A stretch of 64,000 bases of DNA from Deltaproteobacteria bacterium (GCA_040218735.1 JAVJQW010000023.1:224001-288000); one strand, 5' to 3'. Shown: positions 9,621-18,695, numbered from the stretch's first letter. Program-made: numbers and translations. Notes: generated by a model from the letters alone, not told the origin.

Positions 9621-11368
9621 GCCGCGACGACCCCCTCCCGCCGAAGCGCCTCGCGGGGCTCGAAACCGAGTACGCGATTCGCTTCACCCCGGCGCACGAA
9701 GGCGCCGAGCTCCCCAGCAACGCGCTCATCTACACCGTGCTCATGCGCGCGGTGAACGTGCGCGTGAAGATGGTCGGCAAGAAACCCCTGAAGGAGGTCG
9801 TCGAAGGGACGTCCGACGGGCGGGTCTTCGTCGAAAACGGCGGTGCCTTCAACTACGAGGTGCTCTCCAAGGCCCCGGGCGGCGGGTTGTTGGAGGGCGC
9901 CACCCCCGAGTGCCGCACCGCCGGGCAGCTCGTCCTGTACCAGGCCGCGCAAGACCGCTTGCTCGAAGAGGCGCTGCCGCGCGCCGAACAGATGCTCGCG
10001 TTCCGGGGCTACGAGGGCAGCATCGGGCTGCTCAAGAACTGCCGCGACGGTTTCGACCACCTCTACGGAGCGCAAGAGAACTACGAGGTCGACGTCGCGA
10101 CCGGGTGGCGCTTCCTGCTCTTCCGCGTCGCGTTTGTGCTGCTCGTCCCGTGGATCGTCGTCTGGGGCATCGGCGCGTGGCTGCTCCTCGTCGCCTGGCT
10201 GCTCGTCTTCTTCCTGATCGCGATCCCGACGCTGCTCGTCGTCGCTCTGCTCCTGTCCTGGACGGGGCGCCTCGAAACGACGGCGCCGTGGATCGCCGAG
10301 CTGTTCTCCGGCACCGCGCCGTTCGTTCGCGGTCGTGAATCGAAGCGCTGGCACCGCGTGCTGTACCTCGTCGAGGTCGGCGTTACGGAGGCCGCCGTCT
10401 TGCCGCTCGGCTGGCTGGCGCACGCGCTCTTCTTCGCGCCGCTTCGCCGCCGGGCGCTCGCGTTCTTCGCGTCCCGCGCGGTGTTCACGGGGGCCGGCTC
10501 CGTGCGACCCGACGGCACATTCCACCTGTCGGAGAAGGCGCTCGGCGTGTCTCGGATCGTGCGACGCTCGGTGTGGCCCGACGCGCGCGGCATCTTCGAG
10601 GCGAGCGCGCTCCTCAAGTCGCCCGGCAAACTCATCCGCTTCGACCTTCGTGGGTTCACGCGTGCGTTTCGAAAGCGCCAACGCGTGCAAGTGGGGTTGT
10701 CGGACTCGAACCTCGCGCAGACCGCCGAGCTGTTGAAAGTCGGCACCGCGCGCGTCGTGCTCGACCTCCTCGACGCGGGTGCGCTCGACGATGCACCTCG
10801 CCTCGCCGATCCGATTGCGGCGATGCACGCCATCACCTCCGACCCGACGCTGAAGACCGCCGTGCGCCTGAAGAACGGCGACACGATGACCGCGCTCGAG
10901 ATCCAGCGCTTCTACCTGGCGCGCGCGGAGGAACACGCCGCGGCCTCGTCCGTCGCCGACCTCGAGACGAACGAGATCCTGCGCCTGTGGGGCGAAGCGC
11001 TCGACGCGCTCGAGACACACCCGGGCACCCTCGTCGGCCGCGTCGACTGGGTCACGAAGCGGTTCCTGTTGGAGCGTCACGAAGACGCGACGGTCCGCAA
11101 GAAGGTCGACCTCAAGTACCACGAGCTGGTCGACGGCTACTTCCGCCGGCTGGAAGCCGAAGGCGTCGCGCCGCGCGTGACCGCACCGGACGACGTCGAG
11201 CGCGCGATGCGGAACCCGCCCGACGATACGCCGGCCTTCGTGCGCTCGCGGTGGATTCGGCGGCTCAGCGACGCGACAGCTCCGGTGGAGGTCGACTGGG
11301 ATTCGATTCGCATCGGCGGACGTGTGCGCGGTCGCGTCGTCCGCCTCGTCGATCCGCCGGAGGAGTGA
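9617..11368 (+). CDS. pafA: PafA/Dop-family Pup ligase-like protein with transmembrane insertion
   Basis: GLETEY, EGATPEC, KNCRD..YGAQENY, SDSNLAQTAELLKVGT, TALEIQ, DWVTK, DLKYH, VDWD motifs; hydrophobic insert after ENY. Ligase versus Dop assignment uncertain. Confidence 0.85.
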   Translation: MSRDDPLPPKRLAGLETEYAIRFTPAHEGAELPSNALIYTVLMRAVNVRVKMVGKKPLKEVVEGTSDGRVFVENGGAFNYEVLSKAPGGGLLEGATPECRTAGQLVLYQAAQDRLLEEALPRAEQMLAFRGYEGSIGLLKNCRDGFDHLYGAQENYEVDVATGWRFLLFRVAFVLLVPWIVVWGIGAWLLLVAWLLVFFLIAIPTLLVVALLLSWTGRLETTAPWIAELFSGTAPFVRGRESKRWHRVLYLVEVGVTEAAVLPLGWLAHALFFAPLRRRALAFFASRAVFTGAGSVRPDGTFHLSEKALGVSRIVRRSVWPDARGIFEASALLKSPGKLIRFDLRGFTRAFRKRQRVQVGLSDSNLAQTAELLKVGTARVVLDLLDAGALDDAPRLADPIAAMHAITSDPTLKTAVRLKNGDTMTALEIQRFYLARAEEHAAASSVADLETNEILRLWGEALDALETHPGTLVGRVDWVTKRFLLERHEDATVRKKVDLKYHELVDGYFRRLEAEGVAPRVTAPDDVERAMRNPPDDTPAFVRSRWIRRLSDATAPVEVDWDSIRIGGRVRGRVVRLVDPPEE

Positions 11369-11371
11369 GCG

Positions 11372-12166
11372 TCAGCCTTCGACCTGCGCGAGCACGACGA
11401 TACGTTCGCGTTTCGACACGACGACGCCGCCGGGCCGCTCCACGGTCACCGCGAACAACGTCGGCTCGAACACCGGGAGCTTCGCGTCGATGGGGACGAC
11501 GACGTCACCGTCGGCGCTGATGTCGAAGACCCCGCCGTCGACGGGGGTTGCGTCGCTGCGCGTCCCGTCGAAGATCCACAGCTGGTACTGATTCAACTTC
11601 GGGTCGTTCTTCGCGAGGCCCTTGAAGCGCATGTAGCCGGTCTGCGTCTTGGTGTTCCAGACGACGTCGCCCTCCGTCGACGGCGACAAGGCGTCCTTCG
11701 CCTTCGTCCACACCAGCTTCACGGCGTTGGGGTCCTTCATCATCTGCGCCCGAAGCTCGATCGCCGACGGCGCCGGCGGCTTGGGCCAGCCGATGATCAC
11801 CGCGAGCAGGATCAGCGCCGCCGCCGCGACGACCCACCCGATCGCCGCGAGCGGCCGCGCGCGACGCGGCGGGCGCGCGCTCGGTCGACGCCGGCTCTCC
11901 TTCGGACGCTCCGCGCGCACCTGAACGGTCGCGGTGGCGAGCACGTCCGTAGACAGCTCGTCCATGACGCGATCCTTGAGCGCCTCGGGCATCGCCTCTT
12001 CGCGCTCCAGCAGCGCGACGGCCGTCGCGGCGGCCGCGAGCTCGAAGTCGTCGGCAGACCACCCTGCTTCGTGAGCGACGAGGCGCTCGAGCTCGACGCG
12101 CTCGTTCGAGCTCAGCGGGCGCTCCGTCTGCTCGGCGAGCAGCTCCATGAGACGTTCGGTGCTCAT
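11372..12166 (-). CDS. Anti-sigma factor, RskA-like
   Basis: Single TM; YQLWI, PVDGGVF and FAVTVERPGG motifs. Confidence 0.88.
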   Translation of the reverse strand: MSTERLMELLAEQTERPLSSNERVELERLVAHEAGWSADDFELAAAATAVALLEREEAMPEALKDRVMDELSTDVLATATVQVRAERPKESRRRPSARPPRRARPLAAIGWVVAAAALILLAVIIGWPKPPAPSAIELRAQMMKDPNAVKLVWTKAKDALSPSTEGDVVWNTKTQTGYMRFKGLAKNDPKLNQYQLWIFDGTRSDATPVDGGVFDISADGDVVVPIDAKLPVFEPTLFAVTVERPGGVVVSKRERIVVLAQVEG

Positions 12167-12732
12167 GTCCGCGTCTCCACCATGAGGAGGTCTTGGTCGC
12201 TGAGCAACGTGGCGCGGACGGCTTCGAGGCCGCGCTTCACGTGGGACTTCACGGTGCCGAGCGGGAGGTTTACGGCGTCGGCGATCTGTTGGTGCGAGAG
12301 GCCCTCCAGCATCGCGAGCCTCAGGACGCGCTGCCGGACCTCCGGTAGCTTCTCGATTGCACGCGCGGCGGCTTGCGCTTCGAGCGAGCGGTCCATCCGT
12401 TTGTGGTCGGAGGTGGCGCGGTCGGGGACGCGGTCGTCCGTCGCGAGGTCCTCCTTGCGACGCTCCGCGGCGCGGCGCCGGTCGATCAGGCGGCGACGCG
12501 CGATCATCGCGATGAACGTCGCTTCACTGGAGCGCGCGGGGTCATAGCGCTTCGCGGAGCCCATCAGATTCACGAAGATCTCCTGCACGGCGTCCTCGGC
12601 GTCGGCGCGCGAGGGCGACATCCGGAGCGCGAGCGACCACACCAGGCCGCCGTACAGATCCATGCAGATCCGTACGGCCGCGCGGTCTCCGTCCGCGATC
12701 CTGACGAGCAGTGGTGTCTCCACGGCGTGCAA
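12163..12732 (-). CDS. ECF sigma-70 factor (SigK-like)
   Basis: DAEDAVQEIF, RRRLIDRRR, LPLGTVKSHVKRG; coupled to the anti-sigma; start may be GTG 12723. Confidence 0.92.
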   Translation of the reverse strand: MHAVETPLLVRIADGDRAAVRICMDLYGGLVWSLALRMSPSRADAEDAVQEIFVNLMGSAKRYDPARSSEATFIAMIARRRLIDRRRAAERRKEDLATDDRVPDRATSDHKRMDRSLEAQAAARAIEKLPEVRQRVLRLAMLEGLSHQQIADAVNLPLGTVKSHVKRGLEAVRATLLSDQDLLMVETRT

Positions 12733-12757
12733 CTCGGGCGCTTACCCCTTTGTGGTG

Positions 12758-12784
12758 TTCGACGCAAAGGCGGCTCCGGATGCA
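12758..12784 (-). promoter_or_regulatory. Putative ECF autoregulatory promoter TGCATCC-N16-CGAA
   Basis: Same motif and spacing recur at 15421-15447; resembles SigK-type -35 CATCC / -10 CGAA. Confidence 0.65.
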
Positions 12785-12890
12785 GTACGTGTGAGATTTT
12801 TCTGCGGACCACATTTTTCTCCGGCGGGCCGCGAAAAATCTCGGTCACCGGGTCGTAACGCGGCACGCCAACGGCCCAGCGCTGAGGCCC

Positions 12891-12906
12891 CGGCACGCCG
12901 GTTGCG
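12891..12906 (+). promoter_or_regulatory. Putative sigma-54 promoter of the USP gene
   Basis: CGGCACGCCGGTTGCG matches the -24/-12 GG-N10-GC consensus. Confidence 0.65.
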
Positions 12907-12918
12907 GTACCCTGGGGC

Positions 12919-13764
12919 ATGGAAACCGTCAGGACGATCGTCGTCGGCATCGACTTCTCGGAGCTGTCTCGCGTCGCGTTCGAGGCGGGCGTCGCGCTCG
13001 TGGAGAGGCTGGGCGCCGAGCGCCTGCACCTCGTCCACGTGCTCAACGAACACACCTCGGTCGCCTACGCCTTCCCGGACGCGGAGGCGGTCGAGACCAA
13101 TCAGGTCAAACGGCTGGAGGAGAAGCTCGCGGAGCTCCACGCCCCCGGCGTCGAGGTCACACGCGAGGTCCTCCGCGGCATCCCGGCGCGCGACATCGCC
13201 CGCGCGGCGAAGGCCGCCGGCGGCGACCTGATCATCGTCGCGAGCCAGGGCTACGGCGCGATTCGTCGGGCGTTGCTCGGTAGCGTCGCCGCCTCGCTCG
13301 TCCGTACGAGCGAGGTCCCGGTCCTGATCGTCGGCGCCGCGCGCAAACACGTGGCGTTCGAGGACGTGATGGCCGCGGTCGACCTTTCGCCGATCGGCGA
13401 TAGGATCGTCGCCGCCGCCAAGCGCTTCGCCGCAGACGGTCGCGTCCACATCGTCAGCGCGGTTGAGCCGCCGCCGTTTGTCTCCGAGGCGCTCCCCGGA
13501 CACTTCGGCGCCGTCGAGCAGGCCCGGTTGCGCACGGCGCAGCTGGAGCGGCTGCAGTCGCACGGCGACGTGGAGATCATCGACGGCCCGAGCCCGGCCG
13601 AAGCGATCCTCACCGCCGCCACCCAGGCGGGCGTCGACCTGCTGGTGATCGGCACGAGCGGCCACAGCGCGTGGCACCGTATGTTCGTCGGCTCGACCGC
13701 CACGCACGTCTTGGCCGACGCCACGTGCCCGGTGTTGGTGATCCCGTACGCCGGCGAAGCGTAG
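12919..13764 (+). CDS. Universal stress protein, tandem USP domains
   Basis: IVVGIDFS, LLGSVA, PVLIV; second domain AAVDLS, FVGSTATHV, CPVLVI. Confidence 0.92.
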   Translation: METVRTIVVGIDFSELSRVAFEAGVALVERLGAERLHLVHVLNEHTSVAYAFPDAEAVETNQVKRLEEKLAELHAPGVEVTREVLRGIPARDIARAAKAAGGDLIIVASQGYGAIRRALLGSVAASLVRTSEVPVLIVGAARKHVAFEDVMAAVDLSPIGDRIVAAAKRFAADGRVHIVSAVEPPPFVSEALPGHFGAVEQARLRTAQLERLQSHGDVEIIDGPSPAEAILTAATQAGVDLLVIGTSGHSAWHRMFVGSTATHVLADATCPVLVIPYAGEA

Positions 13765-13849
13765 GCCCCCGGAGTCCGACCGAGCGCCCATCGCCCGACG
13801 CATCCCGGCTCGAATCCGCTATGGTCGTCAAACACGTGGGGACGCCGGG

Positions 13850-15313
13850 ATGAGTATCCGTCGGATCGGCGACGACCGAGGCGCGGGGCGGCCCGTCCCG
13901 ATTGCCATCGCCGTGCCCGGCGAAGCGTTGGTCGGGTGGACGGTACGCGAAGCGCTCCGAGAGCTCGGCCTCGGCGACCGGCTCGGCGACGACATCCACG
14001 TCGCACCCGACGGGACGGTGCGCCACCAAGACCTCGTCACGCGGTTGAGCTCGAACGAAGACGTCGTGGCGCTCTTCTCGGCCATTGACGAATCGATCGA
14101 TCCGGACTTCGCGATGCAGGTGCTTCGTGACATCGAGATCACGCGCCAGGACAGGTTCGCCAACGACTACTTCCTCAACGGCGATGTCCTCGACGGGACG
14201 GGCGCGACGCAACGTACGCAGCGCAACTCACTCCCGGCGCACTACCTCAAGGGTCGCGCGTTTCAGCTGGCAAGGGCGCCGGGTCCCCGGGTCGAGCCGA
14301 TCATCGCGGAGGGCCTCGCCGACGACGCCGAGGTCGCTGCGCTGCTCGCGAAGCTGAAGGGCGCGCTCCCCGGCCACCCGGCGGAGCACGCGCTCGAATC
14401 GCAGACGTTGATCTCGGTGCGTACGGCCAGCTCGGAGCGGAGCGTGCGCATCCCGGGGTCCGGCATGACGCTCAAGCTCCCGCTCCTGAAGAATCACACG
14501 GCGTACTGCGTTCGACCGATCCCGGAGGCACACCTGCAGGCGTGCCTCGACCAGAGCCAGGAGTTGGCGCGACGCTCCGAGACGCTGTCGAAGCACTTCG
14601 CGTTCCTCCCGGAGTTCGCGGGGCTGCCGGGCGACGAAGCGTCCGTGCTCGTCCGCTCCGAGCGCCCGTTCCCCCCGGCTCCCAAGGAGACGTGGGTCAT
14701 CCGAGGTTACTCACTCACGTCGGTCGACCTTCACCACCCGACGCAGCCCCCCGCGCTCATCCGCATGGCGAGGGCCGCGCAGCGCGCCGGCCACGATCCC
14801 ATCGCGTGGGCCCTGGAGCGGATCGTCCGTCCGCTGATCGAGGTCGGGCTCGACGTGCACGTCGACCTCCGCGCGCGCGGCTCGATCCACCGACAGAACC
14901 TCGGCATCGAGCTCGACGCCAACGGACCGACCGGCCGCTGGGTCGTCCAGGACCTGAGCGACCTCGAGCTGGATGCGAGCGTCGAGGCGAGCCGACACAG
15001 CTTCGGCGTCTTCGTCATCTCCCACCACCTCCGCACCTTCGACGCGGTGCTCCGCGAGTACTACCCGGACGAGACGGACCGGATCCTCGACGGCATCCAG
15101 CGCGAGCTCGCCGACGCCCTCGCCGCGCGCTCCGCGCAGCTCGACGCCGAGGACATGGGCCCCTTCCGGAAGATCCGCGACCTCGCCGCGCAGCGAAAGT
15201 ACAAGTGGATCCGAAACGACGAAGTCGACGCCGCGCGCACGAAGATGCGCGAGCGACAGCAGGCGAAGATCGAGCGCATCACGCGCCTGCTCGGCCCTCG
15301 ATCGAAGCGATGA
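13850..15313 (+). CDS. IucA/IucC (NIS synthetase)-like protein
   Basis: TASSERSV..TLKLPL and HRQNLGIEL..WVVQDL resemble the NIS TxSxRT/K and HxQN/RD motifs; divergent. Confidence 0.55.
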   Translation: MSIRRIGDDRGAGRPVPIAIAVPGEALVGWTVREALRELGLGDRLGDDIHVAPDGTVRHQDLVTRLSSNEDVVALFSAIDESIDPDFAMQVLRDIEITRQDRFANDYFLNGDVLDGTGATQRTQRNSLPAHYLKGRAFQLARAPGPRVEPIIAEGLADDAEVAALLAKLKGALPGHPAEHALESQTLISVRTASSERSVRIPGSGMTLKLPLLKNHTAYCVRPIPEAHLQACLDQSQELARRSETLSKHFAFLPEFAGLPGDEASVLVRSERPFPPAPKETWVIRGYSLTSVDLHHPTQPPALIRMARAAQRAGHDPIAWALERIVRPLIEVGLDVHVDLRARGSIHRQNLGIELDANGPTGRWVVQDLSDLELDASVEASRHSFGVFVISHHLRTFDAVLREYYPDETDRILDGIQRELADALAARSAQLDAEDMGPFRKIRDLAAQRKYKWIRNDEVDAARTKMRERQQAKIERITRLLGPRSKR

Positions 15314-15420
15314 TCCCCCGATCACAACGCCCCGAGAACGTGACGGGGATCAACGCTTCGACCGCCCGCGACCGCCGCGCGGCGTTCGGCGTCGCGAATT
15401 GATCTTTTTTTCGTCCCCGC

Positions 15421-15447
15421 TGCATCCAATCACCCGCGCCCCACGAA
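15421..15447 (+). promoter_or_regulatory. Putative ECF promoter TGCATCC-N16-CGAA
   Basis: Same motif as upstream of the ECF sigma; T-tract upstream. Confidence 0.65.
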
Positions 15448-15450
15448 GGC

Positions 15451-17346
15451 ATGGGCATGACCACACGCATCATCGCCCCCCTCGCCCTCTCTCTACTCTT
15501 CGCCTGCTCCAGCTCGAACGTCACCGACGCCCCGCCGGACGCGCGCCGCACCTCCCTCGTCGCGCTCACGCACCTCGCGCCGAACATCGCGCCCGTCGAC
15601 GTGTTCCTCGTCGGTGACGACGCACCCGTCGCGCGCGGGCTCGCGTACGGCGCGCCGAGCGCCGTCGTGCCCGTCCCGCCCGGGCGCATCTCGTTCGACG
15701 TGGTCCAGTCCGGACAGCGCCTCCGCACGATCGACATGAACGTCGAGACCGCGCGCGCCTATACCGCCGTCGTGCTCGGCGACCGCAACGTCGTCCTCGA
15801 GGACGCCAGCACGAACGGCACCGGCCTCCGCCTCGTGCACGCCGCGCCGAGCGTCGGTGACATCGACGTCTGGGACCTCGACGCCGGCTCGATGATCGTC
15901 GAACGCCTCGCCTTTGGTACGGCGAGCCCGGCCACCGAGATCCCCGTTCGTTCGCGTCGCTTCGGAATCGACGTCGACGCCGACGCCGTCGCCGACCTCG
16001 TCTACGACCTCGCCGAGCTCCCCACCGGCCAGCTCGTCGACCTTTACGCCGTCGAAGAGGAAGGCACCGTCGTCCTCCGCTCGTACCTGTCGTCCGGCAG
16101 CCAGACGATGATGCCCGAGCCCGAGCCCGTCGCGAACGGTGAGATCCGCGTGCTGCACCTCTCGCCCGACGCGCCGAACGTCGACGTCTTCGCGAACGGC
16201 GCGCTCGGCGTCGAGAACCTCGAGTTCACCCGCGGCACCGCGTTCATCGAGCTGCCGCCCGACGACTACACCTTCGACGTCACCGCGACCGGTCAGACCG
16301 ACGCCGTCATCAGCGCCGAGCTCGCCCTCGCCTCCGACACCGCGTTCACCGCCGTCGCATTCGACAGCGTCGCCAACCTCCAGCTCCTCGTACTCCCCGA
16401 AGATCGCTCGCCCGTCACCAACGGCGCCCGCATCCGCGTCGTCCACGCCGCGGTCGGCGTCGGTGAAGTCGACGTCCTGAACGCGGACGACAACAGCATC
16501 CTCCTCGACGACGTCGGCTTCGGCGCCGCCACCGCGCAGTTCGAAGCGCCCGCCGGCGTGCACGCGTTCGGCCTCGACCTCGACGACGACGCCAACCCCG
16601 AGCTGATCTTCGACCTCCCCGAGCTGCCGAACGGCGCCTCCGCGAACATCTTCGCCGTGACCGACGAAGTCGGCGCGTTCCTCCTCGTGCAGCTCTCCGA
16701 CGGCACCACCATCCCGGTCCGCCCGCGCCACGTCGAGCCGACCGCCGTCGCGAACGCCCGCGCCATTCACCTGTCGCCCGACGCGCCCGCCGTGAACGTC
16801 TACGCAAACGGCGACGCCGTCACGACGCTCGAGTTCCAAGAGGGCACCGGCTACGTCGAGCTCCCCGCGGGTGACAACGACATCGCGGTCTCCACCGGCG
16901 CGCTCGCCGACGCGTTCCTCGGCCCGCTCACGCTCGACCTCGCCGAGGACGACAACTACACCGTCGCGGTGTTCGGCGCGGCCGCGATGCCCGACGCGCT
17001 CGTGCTCACCGACGACCTCTCCGAGCCCGCCGCCGGCAACATCCGCATCCGCGCGATCCACACCGCGGTCGGCGTGGGCGAGGTCAACATCATCACCGGC
17101 GGCGCGCCGCTGTACGAAGACGTCCCGTTCGGCGCCGCGGGCGATGCGCTCGAGGTCCCGGCCGGCGCGTACATCATCGGCCTCGACGTGAACGACGACC
17201 ACCACCCCGACGTGAGCTTCGCGCTCCCGAACCTCGCCGCCGGCACGATCGCCAACGTGTTCGCGACGAGCGACGGACACGGCACGGTGTTCCTCCTCGC
17301 GCAGCTCGCCGACGGCACTATCGTTCGCGTGGACGCCCAGCACTGA
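15451..17346 (+). CDS. Lipoprotein with three DUF4397 units
   Basis: Lipobox LFAC; repeated RVLHLSPDAPNVDV / RVVHAAVGVGEVDV; start may be ATG 15457. Confidence 0.85.
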   Translation: MGMTTRIIAPLALSLLFACSSSNVTDAPPDARRTSLVALTHLAPNIAPVDVFLVGDDAPVARGLAYGAPSAVVPVPPGRISFDVVQSGQRLRTIDMNVETARAYTAVVLGDRNVVLEDASTNGTGLRLVHAAPSVGDIDVWDLDAGSMIVERLAFGTASPATEIPVRSRRFGIDVDADAVADLVYDLAELPTGQLVDLYAVEEEGTVVLRSYLSSGSQTMMPEPEPVANGEIRVLHLSPDAPNVDVFANGALGVENLEFTRGTAFIELPPDDYTFDVTATGQTDAVISAELALASDTAFTAVAFDSVANLQLLVLPEDRSPVTNGARIRVVHAAVGVGEVDVLNADDNSILLDDVGFGAATAQFEAPAGVHAFGLDLDDDANPELIFDLPELPNGASANIFAVTDEVGAFLLVQLSDGTTIPVRPRHVEPTAVANARAIHLSPDAPAVNVYANGDAVTTLEFQEGTGYVELPAGDNDIAVSTGALADAFLGPLTLDLAEDDNYTVAVFGAAAMPDALVLTDDLSEPAAGNIRIRAIHTAVGVGEVNIITGGAPLYEDVPFGAAGDALEVPAGAYIIGLDVNDDHHPDVSFALPNLAAGTIANVFATSDGHGTVFLLAQLADGTIVRVDAQH

Positions 17347-17369
17347 TTCGCGCTTAACTCGCGGGCGAA

Positions 17370-18023
17370 GTGGGCATCGCGTTCTTCGACTTCGACAAGA
17401 CGCTGATCCGGAAGAACTCCGGCGGCCTTTGGCTGGTCGACGAGCTTCGTCGCGGCGCCATCGGCTGGTTCGACTTCGCCCGCGCCGGCGTCTGGCTCGC
17501 CCGCTACAGCGTCGGCTTCGTGGACCTCGAAGCCGGCCTCCGCCTCGCCATCCGAAGCCTGGAAGGCACCCGCGAGGACGACCTCCGCCAACGCGTCGAG
17601 GACTTCTACGCCGCCCGCGTGAAGCACCTCTACCGCCCCGGCGGCACCGCGGCGCTGCAACGCCACCGCGAAAACGGCGACCGCATCGTCCTCCTCACCT
17701 CGGCGTCGAACTACCTCTCCCAGATCGTCCAACGCGAGCTGGCGCTCGACGGCTTCCTCGCCAACCGCTTCTCGGTCGGCGCCGACGGCGTCTTCACCGG
17801 CGAACCCGACGGCGAGCTCTGCTACGGCCCCGGCAAGCTCTGGCACGCGAACGCGTACGCCGAAGAACACGGCGTCGCCCTCGCCGACTGCGCCTTCTAC
17901 ACCGACTCGATGGCCGACCTCCCGGTCCTCGAAGCGGTCGGCGTCCCGGTCGCGGTGAACCCGGATCCTCGGCTGCGCCGCCACGCGCTGGGGCGCGGGT
18001 GGTCGGTAGAGGATTGGGGTTAG
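17370..18023 (+). CDS. HAD-IB family hydrolase (SerB-like)
   Basis: FFDFDKTL, LTSAS, YTDSMADLP, AVNPD. Confidence 0.9.
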   Translation: MGIAFFDFDKTLIRKNSGGLWLVDELRRGAIGWFDFARAGVWLARYSVGFVDLEAGLRLAIRSLEGTREDDLRQRVEDFYAARVKHLYRPGGTAALQRHRENGDRIVLLTSASNYLSQIVQRELALDGFLANRFSVGADGVFTGEPDGELCYGPGKLWHANAYAEEHGVALADCAFYTDSMADLPVLEAVGVPVAVNPDPRLRRHALGRGWSVEDWG

Positions 18024-18622
18024 TCGGGCTTCACCGGCGTGTACGGCTTCTCGAGGAGCGTCACGAAGGTGTCGCCCGTCCCCGAGGGGTGCTTCGCTTC
18101 TCCGCGATCCAGGCGCGCGCGGCGCTTCGCCCAGCCGGCTTGGTCGATTCGGTAGAACGTGTAGTCGTGGCCGTTTTCGGACCACGAATCGAACGGCTGG
18201 TAGCCGAGGCGGCGCACCACGGCGTCGGCGGCGCGGTTGTCGGAGCGCGTTCGCCAGCCGACGGCCTCCACGCGGAGGTGCTCGAAGACGTAGTGCGCCA
18301 TCGCGTCGGTGGCGTTGAGGGCGGAGAAGGCGTCGCGGTCCTCCGGGTCGGCGATGACGTAGCCGAACTCCCAGAAGTCGAACGTGCCCTTCGGCGGATA
18401 GAACACCGCGAAGCCGATCCGTTTGTCGTCGCTCACTCGCTTCAGTAGACCGACCACCAGGTTGCCCTCGCGGTACGAGCGCATGATGCGGAGACGACCG
18501 GGCCCCGGCAGGCCGAACATCTGCCAGACCTCCTCGCGATCGTAGAGCTCGAAGATCCACGTGAGATCGTCGCCCTCGGGCGGGATGCAGTAGATCGTCC
18601 GCCGCTGGATTCCGTACTCCAT
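18020..18622 (-). CDS. GNAT (RimJ/RimL-like) acetyltransferase
   Basis: EFGYVI and NRAADAVVRRLGY motifs. Confidence 0.65.
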   Translation of the reverse strand: MEYGIQRRTIYCIPPEGDDLTWIFELYDREEVWQMFGLPGPGRLRIMRSYREGNLVVGLLKRVSDDKRIGFAVFYPPKGTFDFWEFGYVIADPEDRDAFSALNATDAMAHYVFEHLRVEAVGWRTRSDNRAADAVVRRLGYQPFDSWSENGHDYTFYRIDQAGWAKRRARLDRGEAKHPSGTGDTFVTLLEKPYTPVKPD

Positions 18623-18695
18623 GCGCGTGGACCGATCCTCGGGCTAGAGCCGACTCGATTCAAGCCGCGCCCCCGGGCGTGTATGCTCCGGTCTG

